Shown piece by piece: positions 31,546-45,190 of a DNA stretch of 64,000 bases. The position numbers and the translations under genes were made by a program. Origin of the DNA: Chrysomallon squamiferum (Eukaryota > Animalia > Mollusca); assembly GCA_012295275.1 (NCBI GenBank), contig CM022677.1:6572001-6636000 (forward strand). Reading direction: 5' to 3'. The notes under the pieces are model-generated. The model had not been told where the DNA came from. It searched no databases and worked only from the letters and a program-made list of their open reading frames with translations. Within the stretch, counting starts at the first letter, position 1, and the number at the start of each line of letters is the position of its first letter.

Positions 31546-34320
31546 AAACTGTCAGACTGCAGACAATAGAAACTACAGACAACAGCTACAGTACATCCAT
31601 CTCCAGTGTATTTTAGTGTGTCTGTCATCACAGGAACAGTGACACTATGTGAAGGCTGACAGTTCCATCTGGTAACAGGAAAGTCAAATTAAACGTCATT
31701 AGGTTTATAATAATAAGAAATACATAAGAAAACAAAATCAAATTCACTGTTCAGTTTTTTTTCTCTTTTCCAATGACAGCAAACTTTATCCTCGTTGTAC
31801 AGCACCTTCTACTGAAACAACTTACTAGCAAACCTCAATTATGTGCATTCTGAAAAAAATAAATAGAAACTAAAATAATAAAAATCATAAACTGTTATAT
31901 ATAAATAACTAATGCTCGTTTATTCAAATNNNNNNNNNNNNNNNNNNNNNNNNNNNNNNNNNNNNNNNNNNNNNNNNNNNNNNNNNNNNNNNNNNNNNNN
32001 NNNNNNNNNNNNNNNNNNNNNNNNNNNNNNNNNNNNNNNNNNNNNNNNNNNNNNNNNNNNNNNNNNNNNNNNNNNNNNNNNNNNNNNNNNNNNNNNNNNN
32101 NNNNNNNNNNNNNNNNNNNNNNNNNNNNNGTCGTTCAGTTACATTATGTACACCTCTACAAATAATTTTGTCAGTTTCCCATTTATAACCATCCATACAG
32201 GTACATGTGTAGCCTCCATCTTAGTAGTTACAGTTCTGAGTAGAAATATTTTTGAATTACATTCATTTATATCTGAAAGAGAAACAGATAAATTATATCT
32301 CAATCATTAACTACAATTAAACTTTTGACAAGTTTCTGAAATTACTCATATCTGTAATTTAAAATTCATAGATTCTGATAGGTTTAGAGCATTTCTGAAA
32401 TTAGTCAAGTTTGAATTACAGGGATATAAGCATTATTAATAAAAATAAAAATTATTCATAAATTCTGACAAGTTTCTGAATAGTATAAACTGCTTTGAAT
32501 TTTTTCTTAATTCCAGAAATGAGAACTTTAACTTAACTATTTGAATAGCTACTAATACAAGCTTCAAACTGATTTCCTGAATATATAATGAGCATGACAT
32601 TATTAATAATAATAAAGTTAAACTAGAAATATGAATAAACTAAGAATGCTTGAAGTGAACAATTTAACCTGACAACCAGATAGAACTGACTCACCTGAGC
32701 ATGTTTTGTTGTCTGAATTCAAGGTAAACATTTCTACACAAACACTGCTCCACTGTGTCATGCACCCTGCAGCCCTGTTCACATGAACTGTTCACTGCAG
32801 CACTGTCACATGAACATAACATATTTGTATAACTTTATTATATTTTGTCTAAAATAAAATAATTAACAATTTATTCACATTCTCACACAAATGAAAATAA
32901 AATAGTTTTATAATTTTATAAAATTTTGTCACACTGTAACCACTGTGACAAGAACAAATGTAGCTTTTTGCAGTTTAGTACAATAATGATACCAAACACT
33001 CATTCTACTCTAAAAAAATTATCTTTTCCATAAATGAATGAATGAATGAATGAATTAATAAATATGTTTAATAACAGTTTAATTATTAGTTCCAAAACAT
33101 GATTTTTATTTTTATCTTTATTTATTTTTGTTGATAATGTTCCAAAAAATTAATGTGATTCAAACTGCAAAAATAAAGTTAGCTGGTACCAAACAGGGTT
33201 TGTTTTTGTTTCTTTTTTGTTGTTTTTAACAATGTTAATTTCTTAGTCACTGAAACCTGATTTTCTGTGTTAAATAAACATTCTCTTAATTTTGAATAAA
33301 AACATTATTAACAAGTATAAAGTGATATTTTTATTATTATATTTATTTATTTATTTATTACATTTTAATGCCGAAAACGTTAATTTTGTGACTGAGGTAT
33401 TAATTAACTCAATTCTATGTAATTTTTCAGTTTTAAAACATCCATTCTGTTTTCTTTGGTAATTGAAATCACAAAAATATGTATGAAATTCATCAATCAT
33501 TTGTCTCATTTAACTATTATTTTTAAGTAAACTGGAGTAATTTTTAGAATATCACTATTTATAAAGTAATAAGCAATCATTTTGAACATATAACTATTTA
33601 TTAAGAACAAAGCAATCATTTACTGCATATAACTATTTATTAAATAATAAGAAATCATTTGTAACATATACTATTTATTAAACAATAAGGAATTATTTGT
33701 TACATTTAACTGTTTATTAAGTAAAATGTTATAATTTCAATTTGTTACCAAATTTTTAACATTGAGTAAATTGACTATTTATTAAGTATACCCTACTCAC
33801 CTACACATTCATCTGACAAGTTGTGATATCCTGTCTTACACTCAAATGATAGGAGACTGGCAGGTTTTGGCAGTTGCTGTTTGCTTGACATGAAACTGTT
33901 GAAACACATGTCTCTCACATACCACCCAGCCAGCTTTATAATGACAATGGTCTGAGAGGCAAAAATAAAATTTAAATTTAAAATAAATATTTTAAATTAA
34001 AATCAAACTTTAGTGTTAGAATTTTTTTTATAAAACAAAATTTATAAAATTATAATAAAAGTATAATCTAAATATTTCAAATTTTACTGAATAAATTGCT
34101 TCAAATTTCAAAATATAATTATGTTTTTAAAATATTTAAAAATTTATTTTTACATTATTGTATTTTGTAATGAGAAATTCTGCTGACTAACACATGTTGT
34201 CTGGTCATTTTCAAGTTTCTTCCCAGCCAGACAGGAACAAGTGAATCCAATGATTCTGTTAGTACAAGTATCAGTATACTTAGTAATACTGGCTTCAACT
34301 GGTACACTCAGTTAGATCTA

Positions 34321-34379
<59 letters not shown>

Positions 34380-35082
34380 GTAAAAAGCTTATTTCAATAT
34401 TTGTCAAACCAAGGACTTTTCCATCTGAGACAAGACTTGCACATTTTGCTACAGTTCAAAGAAAAACAAATGCTAACCTTTTTCATACTTTTTTTTAAGT
34501 AGTAACCATAGTAACATAAACTGCCTTCAGCTTTATGACAAATCTGTTCCCAAGTCAAACCCTGACTTCTACATTCTCAGTCTGAAACAAAAGTAATTTA
34601 TTATTTTAAAAACCTTTTTTGGTTTCTTTTTTCTTCATTTTTTTTTAATCAGTTTTTTGTTTACCTCAATTTAATATTAATATAAAATGCATTTAAAACA
34701 GCATCAGTTCAAAAATGATTATGACTTTTTTATCATTTTAAAAATTAAATAAACAAACAAAAATTATAGAAGTAATTAATGACAGATATAAATCACAGCC
34801 TCATTGTTCATTTAAACATACCTAATTAATAGTAACAAAATAATATTAATGTTTAAAAATTCTCAGGTGTCACTAAGTAATTTATAAAAGCTTGCAGTAA
34901 ACTGAATTACTTGTCCATTATACCCAGCATCTGTTTACAAACATGTTGAGTACATCTGAGTGTCTGAGTCTGTACAAATTTCTCTTAACTGCCGGGACTG
35001 GAGATGTGATTGTTCTTCACTGAACACATGGTCAAGTGGTCATCCTTGGCCTTTTTTCTGATAAACAGAAGGCTTGTTTATC
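31546..35082 (-). pseudogene. Multi-EGF/cbEGF gene, decayed copy B; exons 34911-35082, 34478-34581, 34188-34317, 33801-33951, 32695-~32800, 32154-32272, ~31760-31849, 31546-31668
   Basis: Examples: ECRSQGLTWEQICHKAEGS; TCTNRIIGFTCSCLAGKKLENDQTTCV; SSCEQGCRVHDTVEQCLC..FTLNSDNKTCS; DINECNSK..QNCNY*DGGYTCTCMDGYKWETDKIICR. Stops and frameshifts occur throughout. The exons left of the gap are weaker calls. Confidence 0.8.
31930..32129. other. Assembly gap (200 N)
   Basis: A run of exactly 200 N, typical of a fixed-size scaffolding gap. Confidence 0.99.
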
Positions 35083-35263
35083 CTGTAAAGTGATAACTTA
35101 CATTTATCATTGATAACCCTAATAAATAAATTATAGGTAAAAAAAAAAAAGTTATAAAATTTATCATTTGGAAACAAAAACAAATAAAAAATGTATTTAA
35201 AAGTTACCTAAAATATTAAAATTATAAATTATTTAGTCAGAATTTCTGAGAATAAATTGCTAC

Positions 35264-35430
35264 CAAAGTTCCGTTTCGGCGACTGGGGTGGTAAAAAGGT
35301 TATGGGGTAGTCGCCTTTTTTCTATAAGATATAACACAAGAGCAAGTATTAATCAGAAATATTAGTAGTTCGATAAATTGAACTTACGGCTTACATGAAT
35401 TTGCCAACATCGGTTTATACACACTAACTT
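35264..35430 (+). mobile_element. Long imperfect terminal-inverted-repeat-like arm (CAAAGTTCCGTTT...), left
   Basis: 26/27-bp reverse-complement match to 63942-63968, plus further inverted similarity (atttgccaacatc, tttata.acactaa). A CAAAG start resembles P-superfamily termini. Confidence 0.6.
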
Positions 35431-37939
35431 TCTAGACCGGATAGGCATGGAGTTAACTGTAGTCTTGATAAACAAACCACGAGTCTCGCTGACCAAGTAT
35501 CGTAAAACTGATCGTGACCGATCGGCCGAATTGACGGAGACAATCGAGTCCTCTTTTCAGAAAAAGGCCTGGTACCAAAAAATAATAATAATAATTAAAA
35601 TAAATGAATAAATAAAATAAAATATAATCATATATCTGTTTCATTAAAACTAAATTTTTAACCCTGAGGAAGTGTTTTGTTTTATGGTGGTGATTTCGGG
35701 TGGGAGGCTGCTTGCTTTTTAAAGAATAGATATGACTGTTTTTTATCCTTTTATCCCGTTTTTGTTTTGTTTTTGTTTTTTGTGTGTGTTGCTTTCTTCT
35801 TTTTTAATTTAACTTGATTTTATTTTATTTTATTAATTTCTTTTATTATTTATTTATTTATTTATTTATTTATAACATTTCTTTTTTCTTTTTCTTTCTT
35901 TTTTTTTAAAATTATTATCGCAATTATTTATTTATTAATATTAATAATAAGTACAATTATTATGGTTAGTTTTTTTTAATTTCATTATAATTGTCCTAAT
36001 TTGTAAAATCTGAGTTAATTGTAAATAGTAAAATACATACTTGAGAAATCTGACAGAGAATTACTTCTTCAAACACCACAAGTTATACTGTGGCTGCGAC
36101 AACAGACAGGAAATCACATGGTGGACTCAGAATTAACCAGAATTAATTTCTGCAAATTTTGCAATAAAATTTGTAAGAATAGACAAATTAATTACTTCTT
36201 AATTACTATATAAAATTACGTTCAGTACAACCAGTCTCGATAAACCATGATGTTTCGAACATATACGGATTCGAATGTATGCTACGCTTTTCAAACCAGT
36301 ATGAACTGATGTTTGACAGCCAGATTATTTTTATTTTTAATTCGGTAACGTTTTACATGTTGATTATTCAATTTAATAGTATTTTGGAAATATTTCACAA
36401 GAATCCAAATGGATTCCGATGTTTTATGTTTGTTCGAATCCAAGCATGAATCGGATGCGGAGATAAGCGCACATTTTCAGCCATGGAACGAGGTAAACAT
36501 GATTTAATGTGTATCATTGTATGTGTAAAAGAAACAGAGGTATTCACCGTATAAACTATAATCGTATTGTCAGTGGGTGTGGGTGTATTTGTGTGAGTGT
36601 GTTGGCAATTTCATATGTAAATAAATTTATTATAACATTTACAAATGATAATAATCAGAGAAAAAATGCATTTATCTGACAAATATCACGTTCTTACAAA
36701 AAAATAAAAATAAACATTATTATATTTACTATTGGTATTGCTATTTTTCGTAGGTCACTGCATTATTATTCCGGTCTGTCATGGAGAAGGGTGAATCACC
36801 TGTTAAAGAAACCATTCTAATGCAGACTGCATCATTCTGAGTTGTGAGTGTTTTGTTTTATTTTTGTTACTTAGAGAGTAAAATAAGTTTTGTAGAAACT
36901 CTTTGTAATTTATTGATTATAAAATATCGTAATAATAATCACTTATTTGCTGTTGTTTTGTTAATTACTTTATTATAATCAGTGTAATGATTAGGCATTA
37001 ATCAGAAAAATTATTTATTAATAACTACGTACATCGAAAATATCCAACAGCCCATCTTGCGTGAACAGTCCAGTAACTGATACCAATACAATTTAAATCT
37101 TAATAATAAAGAAGTTTTAGCTATTTGTTATAACTGTTTATTTATTTATTTATGTGCTAATGATGGCTAGTGAAATTGTTTCAGTAGAATGTGCTGTCCC
37201 GGCCATCAGGTATTCTGTTGTTTCATTTCTTTATTTATATTTATATTTATAATATATACTCATGCTTATACTTATTTTTTTATTATTATTATTTTGTTAA
37301 ATAATAAACATTAAATCTTCTTTTATTAAAATAAGTTTGTTTGGCTCTGTTAAAGTATATTTTCTTCATTTTATACTTTGGAAAATAAATGGTAAACATA
37401 TGGCAAAAATATTCAGTTTTAGTGTATATACTGAATGATGTTTTTACCTAACTAAATACAATTTTGTTATTTAAAATGGATGGTTTCAGATCCATATATA
37501 ATGTCAGTATTTCCAATAAAGAAAGTTTTTAAAAACATTTATAGTTCTACTTTGATTATTAACAGATAGCTGAAAAGAACAAGAATAATTATAGTTAAAC
37601 AAATACAGGTATGAATGTTTGAGAGAAAGAGAGAGGGAGAAGGAGAATGATATTTGGGGTGCATGTTTTGTATAATTTATCATATAATGTAATGAGACCT
37701 CAGTCTTTACATGCAGCATATTGAACAAACAATTTTAAAATGTTCAGAGTAATTACAACTTTTAACACATCCAGTGAACTTCCATCACATACTGAGGACA
37801 CAATTATTGTTGTTCTGGTTAACTCAAGTTTGATGCCATCGCAGAGAGAAAGAAAATCTGAGCAGGTGAAGTTGAGTTTGTGTTCTTATATATTTCTTAG
37901 CATAAAGTAAATTTATGAATCTTAATATCTAAGATAAGG

Positions 37940-38830
37940 AGTGGGGTTTTTTGTGGGGGTAATTTTATATTTCACAATCCTTACAAGTTGACCTTTAACA
38001 GTTGTGACACTGAAGGCAGGATTTTAAAAGTTAAAAATACTAAAATAGATGACGATGACTATAGTTTTATAAGTGTATATGTGCCAAATAATATTGAAGA
38101 AAGAATTTTATTTTTTAAAGGATTATGTAAATTTGTGGATTTTAAAAACACAGTAATGGCAGGAGATTTTAATGAAATTTTAGATCCTAATTTAGATTTA
38201 GGCACAAATAATAAAACTTTCAGTATGAAAAGTAGTAATGAATTACAGTCAGATATTTATAATTATAATTTAGTTGAAATTTGGCGACCCAGAAATCCAG
38301 ATAAAAGAAAATTTACTAGATCTCAAAATGTTGAAAAAAACTATAAAACAGTCGAGAATTGATTTATTTTTGATCTCTAGAAATTTATTACAGTTTATAA
38401 GTAATGTATACATATCCTATACCTCAGTTAGTGATTACTATTTTTTATCACTTAAAACAGATTTTTCTCATGTAGAGAGAGGTCAAGGTATTTGGATCTG
38501 TAATAATGAATTATTGAAAGATGAACTTTTTTGTAAAGCTCTTGTTGAAGTAATTAATAATGCTTCTGAGTGTCCTTTGTTACAGACTGAACCTGTTGTT
38601 TGGTGGAATAACTTAAAATATAAAACATTTTGCTCTAAATAAGAGAAATATTATAATATATAAAATGCTTTAAAATGAAAATATGCTAAACTAGCTGTAA
38701 ATAAGCATCATGATTTGAGTTACATACAAAAAAGAAAAGTTAAAATTAATTGAGAGATTAAGTGTAATGGTGCTATTTTAATATCTAAAGCTCAATAGAA
38801 TCTAGATACGAATAGAAATACATTGTTTTT
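37940..38830 (+). mobile_element. L1/Tx1-clade LINE ORF2 fragment (APE endonuclease)
   Basis: DTEGRIL, ISVYVPNN, MAGDFNEILD, LVEIWRPRNPDKRKFT, QSRIDLFLIS, ERGQGIWICNNELLKD (ORFs 37988 and 38274, frameshifted). Confidence 0.9.
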
Positions 38831-39233
38831 TCTGAGTTCAGAAAAATTAAAACTGTTGTTTTATTCTGTGGAAAGATGTATATATTAGAAATATATTTTT
38901 AGTTGCCTTTTTAAAAAGGTGACCCATTCATTAGCTGTATCGTTATTTGCCTTTTAAGATATAAAGAAAGATACAAAGAACTAGTAGAAAAAAAAAAAAC
39001 GCGTGATGTGTGTTCTTAAATAAAATATTTCTTCTTTATTTCAGATTTGTTGTATTTTACCAGAACTTATGTTTATCAATAATAAGGTTATAATGAAGTA
39101 TGTTTAAAAGATACTGATTATTCAACAATCATTCATTTGTATCAGTAAATGGCATTGATACTGATATAGCAGTAAATAATGTTACTAATAAAAACAATAA
39201 AAAATTAAATTATCTTTGTTTTTACTTTTTCAG

Positions 39234-40839
39234 ACATATACCACAAAACAGACAAGTGTTGCCACATAAATCAGAATGGGACACACACGGACAGCAGAAA
39301 AGATGGAGACATTTCTAAAAAAACAGGTAGGAAAAGCACACACATAACTTACCTGTTTAAATATCAGCTTCATTTCTTTTCACTTTTTGTAATGCATTCT
39401 CAATACTGATAATAAGAAAAGCAGAATAGAGCAAGGAGAGTCTATAATAATAAGTAAAGTAATTGTAGTATGCAAATAGCTTGATAATTTAGTATTCTTC
39501 CATATTTCCATTCTTCCATTAGCATTGTTTTATTTCTCTTTGGCTTATATTTATACCAGAGGTAATCAAAACCATTTTTTGTTTTCTTTTGAACTTGCCA
39601 GAATACATTCTACTTTATTTTGTTTTGATCTGAAAGTTTAAACATTAGTTTTGCCTTTGTTTTTACTGTAATTTGGTGATTCTAAGAATTTAGTATATTT
39701 CCAAATTTAGTATAAAATATATCAGAATAAAACATTAGTTATTAATATATGTATCTGCAGAAAGAGAAATATGTTAGATATGTACAAATAAATAAATAAA
39801 TAAATAAAAGACTGGTGTTTTTCAGAAACTGCTTCTGTGAGGTTGCCACAGCACAGAAATGTCATCAAAGAATCTACTAACCTGGCAGAAACAGGAGCAT
39901 CTGCAGAGGTTGTTGTTGTTGTTATAGTAATAGCAGTAACAGTAGTACAACCCATTGTTGTAGTTGTTATAAGAATTTGATAATAATAGTTCTTGTTTGC
40001 AGTGATATTTTAGCCGATGATGCTTTATGATCATAATGTATCTTGTGGGACTAATGGTCAGAAAAATACTAGCTGTAGTCATATTACTAGTTGTAGTAGT
40101 AGCAGTACTAATAGTAATTAGGATGTAACAGTTAAATGAGAAATTGTTATGTGGCAACAGGAGCAGTAGTTGTAGTAGTAGTAGCAGTTGTTGTTTTTGT
40201 TGTAGTAATTATAACAATAACAGTATAAAATAATATATTTCTTTGTTGAATTTGGGGAAAAAGTAAGAAAACTGATTAATACTTTATTTAATAGTTGATT
40301 TGTTTATTTGATTGTTTGTTTATTTATTTAATATTTAATCCAGTATTTTATTGAGAGATTTATTGATTTGTTTATTTATTTATTTATCTACTCAGACAAG
40401 TCACCCACCAATCAGAATCAGACCAGTGAGGGGTCCACTTTCTTGGTTAATGTTGTGTGAAAGTTTTACTAATGAGCAGCTCAATGTTGGTGAATTTGAG
40501 ACCCACCAACACTGCAGCCGACCATGTTGAACTACAACGGTTCCGACAGCATGAAGTTGAAGAGTGTTACACCAGGTGACCAATCTCAACAGTCCAATGT
40601 CAGTGATCATGGAGAAAAACGTGAACCTTTAATGCCAGCTGAGGTAAAACCAGCCAAAGAAAAACACTTAAATCATTGAAAAACAGAGGAAAGTTGCGAA
40701 ACTCCCAGAAAGAGGACAACATCTCCAACAAAGCCTAGGAAACCTCCTCAAACATCACCTGTTACAACTGATGTATTTCCAGTCAAGGGGACATAACTGG
40801 AAGCTACTGTTTCTCTGAATCCCAACACCAGATGAACCA
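39234..40839 (+). pseudogene. Spliced remnant of a low-complexity, receptor-tail-like gene (exons 39234-39326, 39826-~39908, 40396-40839)
   Basis: Phase-1 acceptors after pyrimidine tracts give DIYHKTDKCCHINQNGTHTDSRKDGDISKKT; ETASVRLPQHRNVIKESTNLAETGASAE; DKSPTNQNQTSEGSTFLVNVV..., with stops and frameshifts in the last exon. Confidence 0.4.
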
Positions 40840-40960
40840 GTAAGTGTAATTTCAGTCTGATACTCCATTAACACAAGGATAATTGAAAATTATGTAGGTC
40901 AAGGTCAAGGTCAAGGTGAGGTAAAGGACATATACCATTTTACATTAATCCTGAAAAACA

Positions 40961-41100
40961 GTGCCTCTAGAAGTCAGAAAACACTTTGATCAGAAGACAG
41001 TAGTGGTAACAGATTGTTCTAAACTATTTATACAGTATCTTAAAAATCTTAATGAGCACAGACTTGGACATCATACAATCACAACAACAAAACATATTTT
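40961..41100 (+). mobile_element. PIF/Harbinger (ISL2EU-like, DDE_Tnp_4) transposase fragment
   Basis: PLEVRKHFDQKTVVVTDCSKLFIQ...AQTWTSYNHN matches the MPxxFK..IIDCTEIFIE..QxxTWSxYKxHNT consensus. Confidence 0.65.
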
Positions 41101-44100
41101 TGACTGTATTTTATTGAATAAACTTCTTCCAGGAGTCTTTGTATTAGCTGAGATGATATATGAAAGTAAATATGGTTTAATATATCTGTGAAATTTCAAT
41201 AATAAGTAAAAGTATTTCAAAATAATTAATTTTATAACTGAGACACACGCACACATTTATGTATGTATACGGCAAATTATACTGAAAAATTACAGGTATG
41301 ATTTCACTGTGAACATTAAGAAATACAGATGGAGCTTCCGTGTTGTGTTTTTTTTAAAATAACAGTAACTTTAAATCTGACATCAAAAACATATCGAGAA
41401 ATAAAGAGCGCTCATATTCACCAGAACATGTTTCACTGGAAAACACACAGCAGAACATTGTGCAACTAACTTCAGATACCGCTTCGAAGTGTCCGTTTTA
41501 GTAAAAGTAACGTGATATTTTACTTTGCTAATTCGAAATCATATAATAGAAAGGTGTATGTTTACTGTACGTGGAACTTAAATATTATATAAAATACAGA
41601 AAATACTGATAATCACAGCTAATCTATTTGATATTACTGACAATTATAAAGTATAATTCTACATGGCGTTATGAAAATAAGCCTTTTAATTATTTATAAA
41701 AAGAAAAAGATGAGAATTAATTATGAGCAGTGATATTTACAGTTTGTAGGTTAAGTATGTTGACAAATTGTTAATCTCATATTTTATTAATATCGTATAT
41801 TTATATTAGGTTATATTGAAAAACATCAGAGTTAATTCCCTGAAATCACGATAGTGTGTACTGATTAGCTGAGAACAAACAAGGTGAAAATGTTATTTTA
41901 TTAGGCGATTTTTAATTTTTTTATTACATTCATTAAAAGGTGTACATCAACGCAAGTTGCATACTTTACATTTCTTATTATAGCTGAAGTTCTCTTATTA
42001 CATTAGATATTAATATAACCGCTTCACCAGTAATAAACAACGTCAGTGAAGCAACATCATATTTGTCAAAGTCATCCTTTTGTCAATAGCTAAACAACAA
42101 CAACACTAATAATACAGCGCCTTCTACCTTTTTTCATTCTTTCTTTATTTATTTCTAAAAACATAGCTATATATTTTTATGCTATTCTCTTAGTTTCATC
42201 AGAATTGTTCGTTGAGAGTCGTTATAAAAATTACTTCTAATTGTTTTTAGGCCGCGTAACGTTATCATATTTATTCTTAGTATATTGTTTCCGTCGGGTT
42301 AAAAACTAAAAATTTCTTTAGAAAAAGAGAGTATAATAATGATAATAATAATAATAACAATAAACTGATTTATTTATAATATAATTAAATGAGAAATCGT
42401 GAACATTTTAGAAGCACAGTGATAATACCTTTTAAAATTAATCTGATATATTCTTAATTACATAATTTGATAAATAATCGCTGCATTTTAGATTAATCAT
42501 CTAATTTCATGTAGAGAGAGATGTAAATTATGTCGCGGAATCTCATGTTACTATGGTCATAAAATATAATATCACATTGAAAAGTGCACATTTAATTGTC
42601 AGTAATATCAACACAATAGTTCATCTAGCACTTAACTTATAGTCCTGTTACAGTTAATAATAAAATGACATGAAAAACGACCCTCATTTTTCAGTATATA
42701 ATGAGGGCATTAAGTTGGAAAATAAAATATAAAAAATCTGTTTTTCAAGATGTGTTGTACAACACCGAAGATATCCTAATTTTCACTGATAACAGTACAC
42801 GGTACATTAAAAATAAAATTTTCATAAAGTGAGTATAATATTTCGTATAAAGAACATACTGATATTTAGATGTGGAGCGGAGATATAAAACTTCTATCTT
42901 ACTTTAAGGTTAGAAAATTATTCAAAATTTGAAATGATCAAATTATAACGTTTATAACAAAACACACACAAGGTCAAAAACCCAACAACATTCTGGCATT
43001 TTCCTGACACTGTACAAAGTGATAAAGTTTTTTCAAAAGTATTACTTCCTTTAAACAGTGAGTGCTGTGATGTTTAATCCAAATAGTTAAACTAACAGGT
43101 TTAGAGATCAAATCCCAGCCACACTTCTGTTCAGAATTAATTATACAGATGTAAAATTACTACTATGATTGTTTAACTCATCTTCTAAGACTATTTTGAA
43201 AAAAGACTATATTTTTACAATAGAATAATATGAGCTGAAAATATTTATTGTTGCAAAGATAATAAAACAAAAGAAAAAAAGGTACAGTATCTCTTTAGAA
43301 AATAAGATTTAATTTATATTGTTTTTAAATTAATAATTCAGTAAATAAACAATTAAAAATCAGCTGAGGTTCCGGGCACCTGCCATCGTATTTAAATGTT
43401 ATAAAACTTTGAATTAGGTCAATAAAATCGATTCTTTCCAATAAATATTTAAAAAATCTCTCATTACTGATCCTGCAGAGCTGTTATTCAGGAAAATCAT
43501 TTTTATCGGTTCCGATTTTTATTTTATTTAATTTTGTTTATTTATTTTGTTTATTTTTTATTTGTTTCATTTTATTTTTTTATTCATTTTTTGTCAATTT
43601 TAGCTCAGTGATTTTGTGACGTCAGTTATGCGCTGTGAATACAATTTTCTCATTCCTACACAAAATAGCTGGAAGTTTCGTAAACAAACTTTGTAAAGTG
43701 AGCTTGCATTCTTAAAATCTTTTAAAACTGAAAGTGATAATTTAATAAGGTAAGTTTCGTCACCATATAAGTGATATCCTAGTTGCCCTATACCTGGAGT
43801 ATCTGCTATTTTCATATGATTTTTGAGAATCCAACGCAGAAAGAGTGTCCAAATATGTTGAGCTACAGTATATATCTCTGTATTGTCTAATGTCTAAAAT
43901 ATATCTTCAGAAATAACATTCTAAAACAAATTCACAATTCCAAATTCATGAACTTAAATCATTTCAAATAAACTTACTAAAAGTTATTTCACCAGTATTA
44001 ACTGCACTTATTTTCCCAACGATTTTTAATGTGTTACTGATATTTTATACATCCAGTAATAACTATCATCTTTTAATTTAGTTGTGCGACTCGGCGAGAG

Positions 44101-44619
44101 AGTTATTTAGCTTTCACTGTTAAACTGTTACTAATTAAGTTAGACATCAGTTTTTCTTTTAAACACTTGACATTCTAGTTTGTACTCATTAAAAGCAAAA
44201 CCATTATAAGAAATATTAAATTATTATCCTTTCAGAATGGTCCTCTTGGATAAGAATACAACCACATATGTTTCTTGCACAGATCTGAATTGTCAGGTGT
44301 GTTCAAGATGGTGCTCACACAACCACAGAAACAGGGTTTCTTTTCATTATCTGTGTAGTTAGTTACCTTTAAAGGTATTAAAAACTAGTAAAAAAGAAAT
44401 GCTGTTTAGGTTCTTAAATAAAATATTTCTTCTTTATTTTAGATTTGGTCTGTTTTAGCAGTAATTATTGACCAGCTTGAAGTAAGTGTTTATTAACTCA
44501 TCAAATATAATGTACTTTACCAGACCAGTTGACTTAATATTTTGTAAAGTATATTTTCTTAATTTCTGATTCTTTTTGTTAATTTTCAGTGAAAATCAGA
44601 GGGATGATACACTGCGCTG

Positions 44620-45190
44620 TTTAGTAATTGTTAGTCTCACGTTGGCGCTGTCGTTGTCATCGTTCCTGTCGTTATTCGTGAAATTCTCATTATTCTTCTT
44701 CGCTTTTTATTAAATATTATTCTTGATTCCGCGCATCCTATCTTAAAATGTATTAATAAATTAAATTGTATTACTACTGTTAACGATACCGTACCTGCGT
44801 TCTCCTTAACGACGTGGGGTAGTTCGCATTATTCTGATTTGCGTTTTAGTAACTATTATTATAACCTTCTGAAAGAGCGAATCCTGTAATAAGTTTTGCG
44901 CTTTCTATTAATTGTTAGTCTCCCTTTGAGTGCGCACACCCTATATTAAAATATATTATTAGTATTTCTGTTAATGTCCCCGTATTAGTCGTCTTAACGG
45001 CGTTGTTCCTAACGTTATCCGTGTACTTCTCTTTATTCTTCTTCGCTTTTTATTAACTATTGTTCTTGTTTCTGAGCGTGTGCACCCTGTATTAAAATAT
45101 GTTGTTATTAATATTTCTATTAACGCCGACATCGTTTCCGTCGAACCGGCGTTGTTCCTATCGTAAGTCATTATCGATATTAATACATTC
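44620..45190. repeat. Degenerate CpG-rich tandem repeat (~3 diverged units)
   Basis: ttattcttcttcgctttttattaa recurs at ~44690 and ~45033. gca(t/c)cct(a/g)t(c/a)ttaaaat recurs at ~44733, ~44934 and ~45083. Confidence 0.6.

Noticed and set aside
31912-32310. ORFs spanning the N-run
   Set aside because: These are artefacts of the gap. Only the EGF exon at 32154-32272 is real signal.
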